The notes under the pieces were generated by a model. The model had not been told where the DNA came from, searched no databases, and worked only from the letters and a program-made list of their open reading frames with translations. The translations under genes and the position numbers were made by a program. This document shows, in pieces, positions 30,874 through 40,551 of a stretch of DNA of 64,000 nucleotides; position 1 is the first letter of the stretch, and each line of letters starts with the position of its first letter. Source of the stretch: an archaeon (lineage in GTDB: Archaea > Methanobacteriota_B > Thermococci > Methanofastidiosales > NM3); NCBI GenBank assembly GCA_004212155.1, contig RXIG01000002.1:47993-111992 (forward strand). Reading direction: 5' to 3'.

Positions 30874-31176
30874 ATGCCACGACGAATGACTGCCAAGGTC
30901 GTACGACTTAATGAGATACACACCGCCACGCGCGTTGCCGTCATAGGGGCCATCATCCACAAGGACGATGACAAGATCACCATCGATGACGGCACCGGCC
31001 CTGTGGACGTGATGCTTTCCCAGGACGTACCATATGAGGTAAAGGACGTCGTTCGCGTCATCGGCCGTGCGTATGGTTCGACCATCGAGGCAGAGATCGT
31101 CCAGGATGCCAACGGTATCAACACCGACCTCTACAAGCGCGCTCTTGGCATCATACAGACGTATCACGAGTATTGA
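30874..31176 (+). CDS. Single OB-fold protein, RPA small-subunit-like (RepA/RPA14)
   Basis: RVAVIG..IDDGTG..VRVIGR..IEAEIVQD. Confidence 0.72.
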   Translation: MPRRMTAKVVRLNEIHTATRVAVIGAIIHKDDDKITIDDGTGPVDVMLSQDVPYEVKDVVRVIGRAYGSTIEAEIVQDANGINTDLYKRALGIIQTYHEY

Positions 31177-31294
31177 ACATGGCGCCTTGGGTTGCCATCG
31201 AGCCTTCATCTATATCGACGTGCGCCTCAATATAGTATAACCCTGAGAAAACCTTTTAATGAGAACAAGAATAGTATTTTAAGCGGTGATTGTG

Positions 31295-32029
31295 ATGTTC
31301 GAAGCCAAAATAGAAGCGAAAAACTGGAAAAATGTTATTTCCGTCATTGGGAGCATCATAGAGGAAGCTCCTCTCAAACTAACTCCTGATGGCCTCACAC
31401 TTCGTGCGATGGACCCGTCCCATATCTCACTTATCGACCTTGAACTGCCCAAGGACCAGTTCATCGAATACTCCATCGATCAGGAGCGCGTGGTGGGCAT
31501 CGACGTTGATGAGATGTCTCGTGTCATGGGGCGAAGCAAACCTACCGATATCATGATAATTCGTGCCGACGAGGATGCGAACAAGCTCTTTATCACATTC
31601 GTTGGCGAATCGAAGCGCCGATTCGGATTGCCCATAATCGACACACCTGAACAGTCGAAGCTCAAGATGCCCAATTTCCCCACGAGTGCCATCGTGGGCA
31701 TCGACGCATCGGTGTTCAAGGATGGCATAAAGGACGCGTCGATCGTTGCCGACCACATCACGCTCGAGGCGATGGAGGGGGCGTTCGTGATGCGCGCCGA
31801 AGGGGATATCGGCGATATCGAGTCGAACATCGAGGAGGACACGCTCGTCGAGTTCAAGTTGCAGGAACCTTGCAAGTCGACCTTCAACCTCAGCTACCTT
31901 GCAGACGTCTCGGGATCCATCACGGGACCCATCACCCTCGAGCTGGGAAGCGACTCGCCCTTGCTCATGAACTTCGAGATGGGGGGCGCAACAATTAAAT
32001 TTGTCCTTGCTCCAAGAATCGAACGATGA
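31295..32029 (+). CDS. pcn: PCNA DNA sliding clamp
   Basis: LRAMDPSHISLIDL, STFNLSYL, LGSDSPL, LAPRIE. Confidence 0.96.
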   Translation: MFEAKIEAKNWKNVISVIGSIIEEAPLKLTPDGLTLRAMDPSHISLIDLELPKDQFIEYSIDQERVVGIDVDEMSRVMGRSKPTDIMIIRADEDANKLFITFVGESKRRFGLPIIDTPEQSKLKMPNFPTSAIVGIDASVFKDGIKDASIVADHITLEAMEGAFVMRAEGDIGDIESNIEEDTLVEFKLQEPCKSTFNLSYLADVSGSITGPITLELGSDSPLLMNFEMGGATIKFVLAPRIER

Positions 32030-32520
32030 TCGAACTTGACAAGGCACTCGCCCAGGAGCGTGCGGAGCGAACGCTAGCTCCCATAGGCGAGGCACTCTTT
32101 GAACAGGTTGCGCGATACATAAAAAGGCTTGAATCTCTTGCTTTAGAGGCAGAAGGAATAGATAATGAGATTTTAGTTGCGGAAATTAACGATGTTAAGA
32201 AAAAAATGACATATCTCTTTGAATTTCGGTTAAAAAAGATAACATGCCTTGATGACACTCATTTGATAGCCGACGAACAAAAGATTTTTAAACACTTCTA
32301 TTCATTGAAACAACAATACCGTGCGGAGCTACTCGAACCTATCCTCAAGGGAGAATGCACGTTTGAGAGAGACGGGTTCATAAAGGCGAAGGTGCTATCA
32401 CCGCTTCCCTCCTTTTTGGATGGCGAGTTGCGCTCATACGGTCCATACAACCCCGGTGATGTTGATCATTTTCCAGAGGAGATCCATGCGTTGTTGAAAA
32501 AGCATGGCGTGATCGAGTAG
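32026..32520 (+). CDS. GINS complex subunit (Gins51/Gins15-type)
   Basis: Helical A domain (FRLKKI) followed by B domain [19 protein letters not shown]; position between PCNA and L44e. Confidence 0.78.
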   Translation: MIELDKALAQERAERTLAPIGEALFEQVARYIKRLESLALEAEGIDNEILVAEINDVKKKMTYLFEFRLKKITCLDDTHLIADEQKIFKHFYSLKQQYRAELLEPILKGECTFERDGFIKAKVLSPLPSFLDGELRSYGPYNPGDVDHFPEEIHALLKKHGVIE

Positions 32521-32521
32521 G

Positions 32522-32818
32522 ATGGTGAAAACGATGTTAATGCCAAAGACGAGAAGAACATATTGCCCCTTCTGTAAGAAACATACCGTTCATACAATAA
32601 AGGTCGTCAAGAAGAAGAAACGTGGCGAGCTCTCGGGTGGTCAGAGGAGATTCCGCAGGAAGATGGCGGGGTATCACGGATATCCGCGTCCAAAACCATC
32701 AGGCGAGAAGCCAACGAGGAAGCACGACCTTCGGTATGTGTGCAAGGAGTGCAACAAGGCACAGACTAAGGCAGGATTTAGAGTAAAGAAGCTTGAGTTC
32801 AGGGAGGCGAGGGCATGA
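32522..32818 (+). CDS. rpl44e: 50S ribosomal protein L44e
   Basis: [16 protein letters not shown]; GQRRF; GYHGYPRP; CKEC. Confidence 0.96.
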   Translation: MVKTMLMPKTRRTYCPFCKKHTVHTIKVVKKKKRGELSGGQRRFRRKMAGYHGYPRPKPSGEKPTRKHDLRYVCKECNKAQTKAGFRVKKLEFREARA

Positions 32819-32988
32819 CCCCAACATCCAAGTTTGTAAAGATCAAATGTGATGACTGCGGAAACGAGCAGGTCGTGTTCAGCAAACCGGCAAGCAGCGT
32901 CCGCTGCCTCGTATGCGGCAAGACCGTGATCGAATGCACTGGCGGGCTCGGCGAGTTTAAGTCTACGATCGTTGCTGAGCTGGAGTGA
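32815..32988 (+). CDS. rps27e: 30S ribosomal protein S27e (not in ORF track)
   Basis: [44 protein letters not shown]... Confidence 0.95.
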   Translation: MTPTSKFVKIKCDDCGNEQVVFSKPASSVRCLVCGKTVIECTGGLGEFKSTIVAELE

Positions 32989-32993
32989 CCATA

Positions 32994-33779
32994 ATGTTTG
33001 AGCTTGAAGAGGGATTCCCGGAGGTGGGAATTTACGTCATATGCACCGTCAAGGACATATTCCCCTATGGGGCAATGGTGCGTCTCGACGAGTACGACCT
33101 CGAGGGCATGATCCCCATTCGTGAGATATCATCAAGTTGGGTCAAAAATATTCGCAACCATGTCAAGGAGAATCAAAAGGTCGTCTGCAAGGTAACGCGC
33201 GTCGATGCGAAAAAGAGACATATAGACCTCTCCCTTCGCAAGGTCACGAATCATCAGAAGAAGGTGGCCGTCCAGCGCTACAAGGTCAAGAAGAAGGGAA
33301 ATAAGCTCCTTGAGTACTTCGGGACCCAAAACAGCATCCCATCCGACCAGTTGCTTGACATCTACAACAGGATAATGGAGAACTACTCCACGGTCTATGA
33401 GTGCTTTGAGGAGGCAGTGGCCGACGGCAAGGACGTGTTCGAGGGCATGGTGCCTCCGCAACACATCGATTCGCTCTACGAGATCGTATTATCCAACATC
33501 GAGATGCCGCTCATCGAGATCACGGGCGAACTGTCCCTGTCATGCCCCACCGGCGATGGCATAAACGTTATCAGACAAACGCTCTCCGAGGCGCGTGACA
33601 CATATTCTGACGATCAAGTGACCGTTGATATGCATCTTCTCGGTTCACCCCGTTACAGCGTCAAGGTGATAGCCGAGGATTACAAGAGCGCCGAGAACAC
33701 GCTTGACAAGGTCGTCAAGGATGTCACAGACCGCATGAAGCGACATGATGGAGAGGCATCGTTCAAACGAAACAGGTAA
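32994..33779 (+). CDS. eif2a: Translation initiation factor aIF-2 alpha
   Basis: S1 domain FPEVG..YGA.V.LDEY..EISSSWVKNIR..HIDLSLRKV; GSPRY. Confidence 0.96.
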   Translation: MFELEEGFPEVGIYVICTVKDIFPYGAMVRLDEYDLEGMIPIREISSSWVKNIRNHVKENQKVVCKVTRVDAKKRHIDLSLRKVTNHQKKVAVQRYKVKKKGNKLLEYFGTQNSIPSDQLLDIYNRIMENYSTVYECFEEAVADGKDVFEGMVPPQHIDSLYEIVLSNIEMPLIEITGELSLSCPTGDGINVIRQTLSEARDTYSDDQVTVDMHLLGSPRYSVKVIAEDYKSAENTLDKVVKDVTDRMKRHDGEASFKRNR

Positions 33780-33794
33780 CCGGTGCCCACGACC

Positions 33795-33956
33795 ATGAAG
33801 CTGAGAAAATGCATCGAATGTGGAAGGTATACTCTTCACGACCCATGCCCCTGCTGCGGGGCTCAAACACAATTTGCGCGACCACCGAAATATTCGCCGA
33901 AGGACAAATATGCCCGATATCGGCGCATGTGGAAAAAGGAATGTAGTGAGAAGTGA
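33795..33956 (+). CDS. nop10: H/ACA RNP protein Nop10 (not in ORF track)
   Basis: MKLRKCIECGRYTLHDPCPCCG..PPKYSPKDKYARYRR. Confidence 0.95.
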   Translation: MKLRKCIECGRYTLHDPCPCCGAQTQFARPPKYSPKDKYARYRRMWKKECSEK

Positions 33957-34738
33957 TCCATGTGAAGGAGACCATAATCAGATCTCTTAAAGAGATAAAA
34001 GCAAAAAACGTTATATTTATTGAAGGATTACCCGGCATTGGCCTTATTGGCAAGCTCGCTGCCGAGCACCTGATACAGGAGATCAAGGCGGAAAAGATCG
34101 CAGAGCTCTATTCACCGCACTTTCCCCATCAGGCATTGGTGAAAGAGGACTCATCTGTCCGACTCATGAGGAACAAGTTCTATCATGGGAAGGTAGGCGA
34201 CACCGATCTCATCATCCTCGTCGGCGACACCCAGCCCTCTCCGTCGAATCCCTATGGCCACTACGAGATCGTGACTGCCATACTCGATTATCTCGAACAG
34301 TTCGAACCGTCGATGATGTTCACGCTTGGCGGATATTCGACAGGCGGCGAGGTTGTGGAAAAGCCGCGCGTGCTCGGCGCCGTGAGCGATGCTGAGCTTG
34401 TGGGAAACTATCAGGACACGGGCATCACATTCAGGGACGATCCCGGCGCTGCCATCGTCGGTGCGTCTGGCCTGCTGCTCGCCATGGGTAGGCAGAAGTC
34501 GCTCAACGCTATGTGCCTCCTGGGCGAGACGCCCGGCTACATGTACATCGACGCTAAGGCCGCCAAGAGCGTCCTTGAGGTCCTAGCCACCATCCTTGAG
34601 ATCGACATCGACATGACAGCGCTTGACGAGCGTGCAGAGGAGACGGAGAATCTCATCAACAAGATCCAAGAGATGCAGCAAAAGTCGGCGACGCAAAACA
34701 CGCCCGAGTTCGGAAAGGATCTTGGCTACATAAGGTAA
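33953..34738 (+). CDS. Proteasome assembly chaperone (PAC2) family protein
   Basis: EGLPGIGLIGKLAAEHL, GDTQP, TLGGY, IVGASGLL, CLLGET, C-terminal YIR. Confidence 0.9.
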   Translation: MIHVKETIIRSLKEIKAKNVIFIEGLPGIGLIGKLAAEHLIQEIKAEKIAELYSPHFPHQALVKEDSSVRLMRNKFYHGKVGDTDLIILVGDTQPSPSNPYGHYEIVTAILDYLEQFEPSMMFTLGGYSTGGEVVEKPRVLGAVSDAELVGNYQDTGITFRDDPGAAIVGASGLLLAMGRQKSLNAMCLLGETPGYMYIDAKAAKSVLEVLATILEIDIDMTALDERAEETENLINKIQEMQQKSATQNTPEFGKDLGYIR

Positions 34739-35682
34739 TCTTCTTTTCTTACCTTATTTTTTACTTCTTTTCCTTCTATATACCGCAGCACGTTCTCGCT
34801 GCAGTAGCGTACCGTACGCAGTCGCCATCCCTCGACCATCGCTGCATTGTGCGGCGTGGCGAGCACGTTTGGCAGCTCGAGGAACGGGTGTGCCTGTTCC
34901 CACCGCGCGCCCTTGTGTGGATAGTGCCACCATACGTCAAGCCCCGCGCTGAAGTCGGGGTGTGACACGAGGTGTTCATAGAGGTCGCCCTCGACGATGA
35001 TCTCACCCCTCGATACGTTGATAAGCGTTGCATCGTCTTGCATCATCGAAAGGGCCTTTGCGTCGATGAGCCCCCTGGTGTGCACCGTGAGCGGTATGGA
35101 GAGCACGATGAAGTCAAGGTCGTGGAGTATGCCGTGCAACCCTCCGAGCGTGACCGTGATGTCCGCATCGCTTGTCCCCGTGCTGTTTACCGCATAGACC
35201 TCCATTTCAAACGCCCGTGCGTACCGGCCGATGCGCGCGCCTATCTCACCATACCCAATGATGCCGATGCGTTTTCCCGCAAGCTCGGCCGCTAGGGGCG
35301 ACTGTTGGGAGAAGACTCCCTTGCTCAAGCTTTCATGATGTTCCTTGATGTGCTTGGAAAGCGCAAGGAGCATGGCAAACGCATGTTCGGCAACAGGTGT
35401 GGCATTGCTCCCGGAGCATGACGCCACGGTTATGTGGGAAGGAATCGAGGAAAAGTCAAGGCGGTCGACGCCAGCGAAGAGGTACTGCATGAACTCAAGC
35501 CGCTTCATGGACGAAAGGAGCGGGGCTACCGTGCGCCACGAACGAAAGATGAGCACCTGTGCATCGCCCATATCTCCCTCGGGCGTCACATCGTCCAGAT
35601 AGGTGACGTTGTGTCGGGAGAACGTGTGGTCGAAGACCTCTCGTTCCTCTTCACTATACGTTCCTTCAATGAGAATGTTCAT
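34726..35682 (-). CDS. D-isomer-specific 2-hydroxyacid dehydrogenase
   Basis: VAEHA, GIIGYGEIG, PLT..T.GLI, INVSRG, GLDVW, TPHNA. Confidence 0.92.
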   Translation of the reverse strand: MNILIEGTYSEEEREVFDHTFSRHNVTYLDDVTPEGDMGDAQVLIFRSWRTVAPLLSSMKRLEFMQYLFAGVDRLDFSSIPSHITVASCSGSNATPVAEHAFAMLLALSKHIKEHHESLSKGVFSQQSPLAAELAGKRIGIIGYGEIGARIGRYARAFEMEVYAVNSTGTSDADITVTLGGLHGILHDLDFIVLSIPLTVHTRGLIDAKALSMMQDDATLINVSRGEIIVEGDLYEHLVSHPDFSAGLDVWWHYPHKGARWEQAHPFLELPNVLATPHNAAMVEGWRLRTVRYCSENVLRYIEGKEVKNKVRKEDYLM

Positions 35683-35698
35683 CGTCGCATCCCTCTTG

Positions 35699-36277
35699 TC
35701 ACTCGCTGTCCGCCTCGCCCATGGAAAAGCCATGCGTGCCGATGATGTCACCAAACGTGTAGTAGACGCCCTGGGCGTAGATTATGGGATTGAGCTTGTC
35801 CGTATCAGGGCGCGCATGCATGAGCACCTCCTCGTCGATAGCGACGGAGGCTACCTGCCCGATGAAGAGGTCGTGCGAGCCAAGGTGGACCGTCTTGTCA
35901 AGGTAGCATTCGATATTGACTGGGCATTCCTTGATCCGCGGTGCACTCACCTTTGTTGACGCCTCGGGCGTGAACGAACACTCTTTGAACTTGTCGACGT
36001 CCTTTCCCGATACGCTTCCGCACAGGTCGACCTTCCTGACATCGGAGGCGCGGGGGAGGTTGACGACGAAGTCCTTTGTCTCCATGATAAGGTTGTATGA
36101 GTATCGTGTAGGGGTGACAGCGATGCTTACCATCGGCGGGTCGAGGCATGCCGTCGATGCCCATGCGATGGTGATGATATTGGGCGACTCGAGCGAGCCG
36201 CATGATACCAGGACGGCGGGATGGGGGAAAAGTGCGGTATAGGGGGCGATATCCTTTTTCATATATCCTCTTCGCAC
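35699..36277 (-). CDS. Flavin reductase family protein
   Basis: PHPAVLVS, NIITIAW, CGSVSGKDVDKF, ECPVNIEC, GSHDLFIG. Confidence 0.92.
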   Translation of the reverse strand: MRRGYMKKDIAPYTALFPHPAVLVSCGSLESPNIITIAWASTACLDPPMVSIAVTPTRYSYNLIMETKDFVVNLPRASDVRKVDLCGSVSGKDVDKFKECSFTPEASTKVSAPRIKECPVNIECYLDKTVHLGSHDLFIGQVASVAIDEEVLMHARPDTDKLNPIIYAQGVYYTFGDIIGTHGFSMGEADSE

Positions 36278-36340
36278 TGGAAATTATTTAATCTTGTGTT
36301 CGGCCGATGAACGCCCAAAGGCATGAACGCATTGTATTCA

Positions 36341-36712
36341 TCAGGTCTGGTATTTGTCAAGGCCCATCTTCTGTTCTCCGGAAAAGTAACTAAGCACGAA
36401 CTCCCAGGCATGTTCATATCCTAGCGAGGATGGGTCCCTGAACGTCTGTTCTAGGCGTCCCTGCACGTTCGAGCGAAGAAGCTTGGCTGCCCCGGCATCC
36501 ACCTCATTGTGAAGGAGCTTGTAAAAGAGGCTGTCGCGTTCGTTGTTCTCAATGGAGGCCACGAGGCCGTAGAGGGCCTTTTTGTACCCTTCTTCATACG
36601 ATGAAGCAGGTGCGTGGCTCGCTGAGAGTATGTCGCTTGCCTTGTTCGTCTCGCCCTGCTCGAGGAACCGTATGAGCTTTATCGTGTCAAGCTCAGTAAT
36701 CATCGTACTCAC
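36341..36712 (-). CDS. Hypothetical protein
   Basis: 123-aa ORF overlapping the FAU-1 stop; YEEGYKKALYGL motif. Confidence 0.6.
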   Translation of the reverse strand: MSTMITELDTIKLIRFLEQGETNKASDILSASHAPASSYEEGYKKALYGLVASIENNERDSLFYKLLHNEVDAGAAKLLRSNVQGRLEQTFRDPSSLGYEHAWEFVLSYFSGEQKMGLDKYQT

Positions 36713-38090
36713 GCTCTGTGTCTGAGAGCAGGTAGGTCGCTTCGTTCTTGGCTATCTCTGCTATCTTCCTCGAAAAAACGCCTTCCTCTACACGTTTTTG
36801 AAGCAGGTCCTCGTCTATGATCTCCGGTGCCTCACCCGGTCGGCGCACGACGTCGATCTCGAGGTCGATATATCTGATGCGCGAGGGAAAGATCTCGATA
36901 GGCGTGCAGATGTTGTGGTATTCCCCCTTGATGGTGCTGTCGCGGTCATAATAGGTGTGGGTAAAGTGCCACGCCCCTTCCTTCATCTCGGTGATCGCAT
37001 AGTCTCCCGGCTCCTTGGGCACGTTGAGTCCGTCGTAGTGTCCGCGCGACGAGATGTAGCGTTTCAGCTTGATATAGGGGGGTGCGAACTTCTTCACCTT
37101 GGCCCCCTCGATGTAGACGGGGTGCGAAGAGGGCTTTATGTGTTCGAGCGTTACGTCGTCGCCTATCTTCGGACCCTTCACCTGCCTGAACACGGAGGTG
37201 AACAGCTCGTCGATCCCCTCGATGTCACGTTCGCCCTTGATCTTCTCGATGACGTCGACGGCAAACGAGATGTCGCGTCCTGCCGATTTGAGCATGTGAT
37301 GGTACTCGATCGTAGGCACGACCTTGCCACGGATCGAGTCGAGAGACTGTTTCGTCTGTCCACCGAAGATGACCTTCATGTGGTGCTTGCCCTCCTTGAT
37401 CAGGCCGGGGCCCTCGAGCTCGGTGAATCGGTCCATGACATACTCTGCGTTCTTTGCAAGCTCCTGGGCCTCATGGAGCAACGTCTCCTCTCCCACGTAC
37501 TCGGACGACGTCCTCCAGAGGACGCCGAAGTTCTTCGGCTTTGCGCGTTTGCCCACCTCGATGAGCCGTTCGCGCTCAGACTCGTCACGTATCTTACGCG
37601 AGATCTTCACATCGTTTTCAGGTATGATGACGCAGTACTCGCCCGAGAACGTGATCCTCGTCGTGAGCGTGGGCTTGCCGTTCATCTCCAACACCTGGAC
37701 GAGCACCTCTTCCTCCTCCGTCTGTTCGGGGAGGATGCCGATGTCCTGGCCCAGGTTGATGATGGTCTCGTGATTCGTCTTGATCACGGAGCCCTTGTAG
37801 ATGCCGTATAGCTCGATGTTTGACTTGAGGATAAATGCGTCGTTGAACGTTTCCACCATATCACGCGCGATGCGTTCGAGCGATTCCTTGTCGCCCACCA
37901 TCGAGATGCCCTGCAAGTCTCGGGTATGCTTCACGTCGACGTCTGGGATGTCGTGCGTCTCGTAGGAGGGAAATCGTTCCCGTATAACATCCGACATCTG
38001 ATTGATCATGTATTCCTTGTTGATAAAGAATTTTGTAAGGGCGGTGGTATATATTCCCCTAATTCGTATTGATGTCATGTGATTCACCAT
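36693..38090 (-). CDS. fau-1: AU-binding ribonuclease FAU-1 (RNase E/G-like + DUF402)
   Basis: IRIRGIYTTALT, GVLWRT, HHMLK, YDGL..PKEPGD, NICTP.E..YIDLEIDV. Confidence 0.9.
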   Translation of the reverse strand: MVNHMTSIRIRGIYTTALTKFFINKEYMINQMSDVIRERFPSYETHDIPDVDVKHTRDLQGISMVGDKESLERIARDMVETFNDAFILKSNIELYGIYKGSVIKTNHETIINLGQDIGILPEQTEEEEVLVQVLEMNGKPTLTTRITFSGEYCVIIPENDVKISRKIRDESERERLIEVGKRAKPKNFGVLWRTSSEYVGEETLLHEAQELAKNAEYVMDRFTELEGPGLIKEGKHHMKVIFGGQTKQSLDSIRGKVVPTIEYHHMLKSAGRDISFAVDVIEKIKGERDIEGIDELFTSVFRQVKGPKIGDDVTLEHIKPSSHPVYIEGAKVKKFAPPYIKLKRYISSRGHYDGLNVPKEPGDYAITEMKEGAWHFTHTYYDRDSTIKGEYHNICTPIEIFPSRIRYIDLEIDVVRRPGEAPEIIDEDLLQKRVEEGVFSRKIAEIAKNEATYLLSDTEREYDDY

Positions 38091-38856
38091 ATTTGTATAC
38101 TTTCGTTCCCCCCCTCATCTTATATTGCAAGATGCCGTATCTTGTGAGCACATCGAGGATCTCATCGATCCTGTTCTTTGAGAGGGAGAGATTGTTTTCG
38201 ATAAAACGAGGTTCTACCCACATCACGTTCTGATCATGGAATGATCGTATCTCCTTGATCACCATGGCCTCGTCCGTTTCGAGCACCGACTCCGGATTGT
38301 TCTTGACGAGAAGCGACACCTTCCGTTCATACGTTTCCACCCGAGTGTTGAGCGAAACGACCTTCGCATCGAGCGCCTCCACGCGTTCCATCAGGTCCTC
38401 TCTTTTCTTGCCCTCGATAAACTGTCTGAACGTGATCTCCGTGAGTTCGGCCGTGACTTCCCCTATGAACAGTGATAATACGTATTCTGCGCTTACCAAG
38501 CTCCTTTTGAGGAGTGATAGATGTTTAGAAAACGTCGTACGGTCACGCGCCTGCAGCGACTCCTTGAGCGCTTCCAGCTTCAATGCAGTCTGGTAGAAGA
38601 ACTTGCATAGTTCGGTCGAGTCCTTCTCTATGCTCTTGTTCGAGAAGAGCACACTCGCCTTCTTCCCCACCTCCTCTACGGTGTACATGGAGTTTATGAC
38701 GGTCTGATAGAGGAAGGAGAGCGTTTCCACGGTGGCAGAATTGTGCTCCATATCGTGGAGTATTTCTGTAATATGGAGGAATTCATTTTTTACCTCGTGA
38801 ACTTGTTCCTGCACCTTTTCTATCTCAGCCTTCTGTTCCTTTTCTATTTCGACCAT
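38059..38856 (-). CDS. Hypothetical helical/coiled-coil protein with probable C-terminal winged helix
   Basis: Heptad-rich; C-terminal IENNLSLSKNRIDEILDVLTRYGIL..GGTKVY resembles a wHTH. Confidence 0.6.
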   Translation of the reverse strand: MVEIEKEQKAEIEKVQEQVHEVKNEFLHITEILHDMEHNSATVETLSFLYQTVINSMYTVEEVGKKASVLFSNKSIEKDSTELCKFFYQTALKLEALKESLQARDRTTFSKHLSLLKRSLVSAEYVLSLFIGEVTAELTEITFRQFIEGKKREDLMERVEALDAKVVSLNTRVETYERKVSLLVKNNPESVLETDEAMVIKEIRSFHDQNVMWVEPRFIENNLSLSKNRIDEILDVLTRYGILQYKMRGGTKVYKYGESHDINTN

Positions 38857-39177
38857 GGCATAGAAGTTATTTCGTTTCGTCCTTATTAATGTATGTTTCT
38901 TGCCGTTGACCCGTGCGCGATGGGGCGGCAGCATTCATTACGGTCACGCCAATCACCCGGCAATGGCGACATAGCCACCAGGACGCCGCCCCGAGGCCCA
39001 TAAAAATGAAAGGTGCCAAATGGGTCGTTATGCCCTACCCCCTCCAAAAGAGATTAGGCAGTGCATGTGGTGCAATGGGGCGCACATGTGCACACCCGCA
39101 GCTACATGTGCCCTGAGGGACATAGACGAGATTTTTTATATGTTCATTTTCATACGACTAGCAACACAGGTGATACG

Positions 39178-39522
39178 ATGGTCAGTGAAGAGATCAGGTC
39201 AACTATTTGTGAATATCATGACAGTGGCATGCATATCAACGAGATAGCAGCACGTCTCCTCCTCGACGTATCGACCGTTCGAGACGTCATCGAGGAATAC
39301 GAGTCGCAACACAAGAAGATCAAGGAGAAGGATGAGCGGTATTCTTTTGTTTTGGAACAGCTGCAACAGGGCGTTCGAACGCTTCATGAGCACAACGAGA
39401 CGCTCTTTTCCCAGGGCCTCTATGACGAGTACTTCATGGGATATGAAGAGATGCTTGCATCGCTTGAACTCTACCTTACTGCGCTCGAACAGCGCGAATC
39501 CGAATTAGGGAACGATACGTAA
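39178..39522 (+). CDS. Hypothetical protein with N-terminal helix-turn-helix
   Basis: SGMHINEIAARLLLDVSTVRDVI; SD GGTGA before the ATG. Confidence 0.62.
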   Translation: MVSEEIRSTICEYHDSGMHINEIAARLLLDVSTVRDVIEEYESQHKKIKEKDERYSFVLEQLQQGVRTLHEHNETLFSQGLYDEYFMGYEEMLASLELYLTALEQRESELGNDT

Positions 39523-39581
39523 AAAACGTAAGAAATATATAAATATTATAATGAAGATGTATATGGAAAGAAGGTAGTCGC

Positions 39582-39959
39582 ATGGCTCTTGAGATACTGG
39601 GACTTGGTCTAGCCGCACTCCTGGCGGCGGTCGTTATATTCTTTGTCGTAATGGCGTTTTTCATCTGGATCGGCGCAAAGTTCGCCGCCATCAAGAATGC
39701 GTCGTTTGGCAATGCATTCGTTTCGGCCATAGGCATCACCATCCTCACCATCGTGCTTGGGGCCGTGCTCGCATTGCTCAATATCACCAGCGGCGGCCTC
39801 GTGGGGACCCTCATAAGCATCCTCGTCACCGTATGGGTGATCAAGTCCGTCTTCGACACAAACTGGGGCCGTGCCTTCATCGCATGGATCTTCTCAATCA
39901 TCGGAGCCTTCGTCGTTGGCATCATCATCGTCGTCGTGCTTGGTGCGTCGTTGTTGTGA
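39582..39959 (+). CDS. Small 4-TM membrane protein
   Basis: Hydrophobic throughout; IKSVFDTNWGRA motif. Confidence 0.75.
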   Translation: MALEILGLGLAALLAAVVIFFVVMAFFIWIGAKFAAIKNASFGNAFVSAIGITILTIVLGAVLALLNITSGGLVGTLISILVTVWVIKSVFDTNWGRAFIAWIFSIIGAFVVGIIIVVVLGASLL

Positions 39960-40113
39960 AAAAAAGGCTGCCCAGCACAACCAACCTTTTAAAAATCGTC
40001 TGAAATAGGAACAATAATTATTTAAATAGTTACGATTTACCAACGTTCTAACTTAAATAATCTTTTCCATCTTTCAAAGATGACATTTAGTTGTATTCTA
40101 GTGGTGGACGTAA

Positions 40114-40551
40114 ATGACCAATAGTATATATTCTTGTATGAAATGTGGCACATGTACAGGCGCATGTCCATCAGGTCGCGTCGTAGCATTCAGGACGCGA
40201 AAGATCGTCGAGGACCACTGTAATGGTGAGATCGACCTTGGCGACGAGTCGTTGTGGTATTGCACCACATGTTACAACTGCATGGAGCGGTGTCCGAGAC
40301 ACATCGACATTACCGATGATATCCTCGGCCTGAGGGAACAGGCATACCGCGCCGGAAAGGCGCTTTCCCCCCACCTCAAGGTGCTGGGGTATCTTCACAA
40401 GACGGGACATGCAGTCCCCATCAACGAGAAGGTGGCCGACAAGCGTGCATCGCTCGGTCTGTCCCGGCTGCCCCCGACGACCCATTCCTACGAGGATGCG
40501 CTTGAAGAAGTGAGGCGCATCCTCGAGGGGGAGGGTGTCTCAGGTGAGTAA
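40114..40551 (+). CDS. hdrC: Heterodisulfide reductase subunit C-like
   Basis: CMKCGTCTGACP; LWYCTTCYNCMERCP. Confidence 0.92.
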   Translation: MTNSIYSCMKCGTCTGACPSGRVVAFRTRKIVEDHCNGEIDLGDESLWYCTTCYNCMERCPRHIDITDDILGLREQAYRAGKALSPHLKVLGYLHKTGHAVPINEKVADKRASLGLSRLPPTTHSYEDALEEVRRILEGEGVSGE

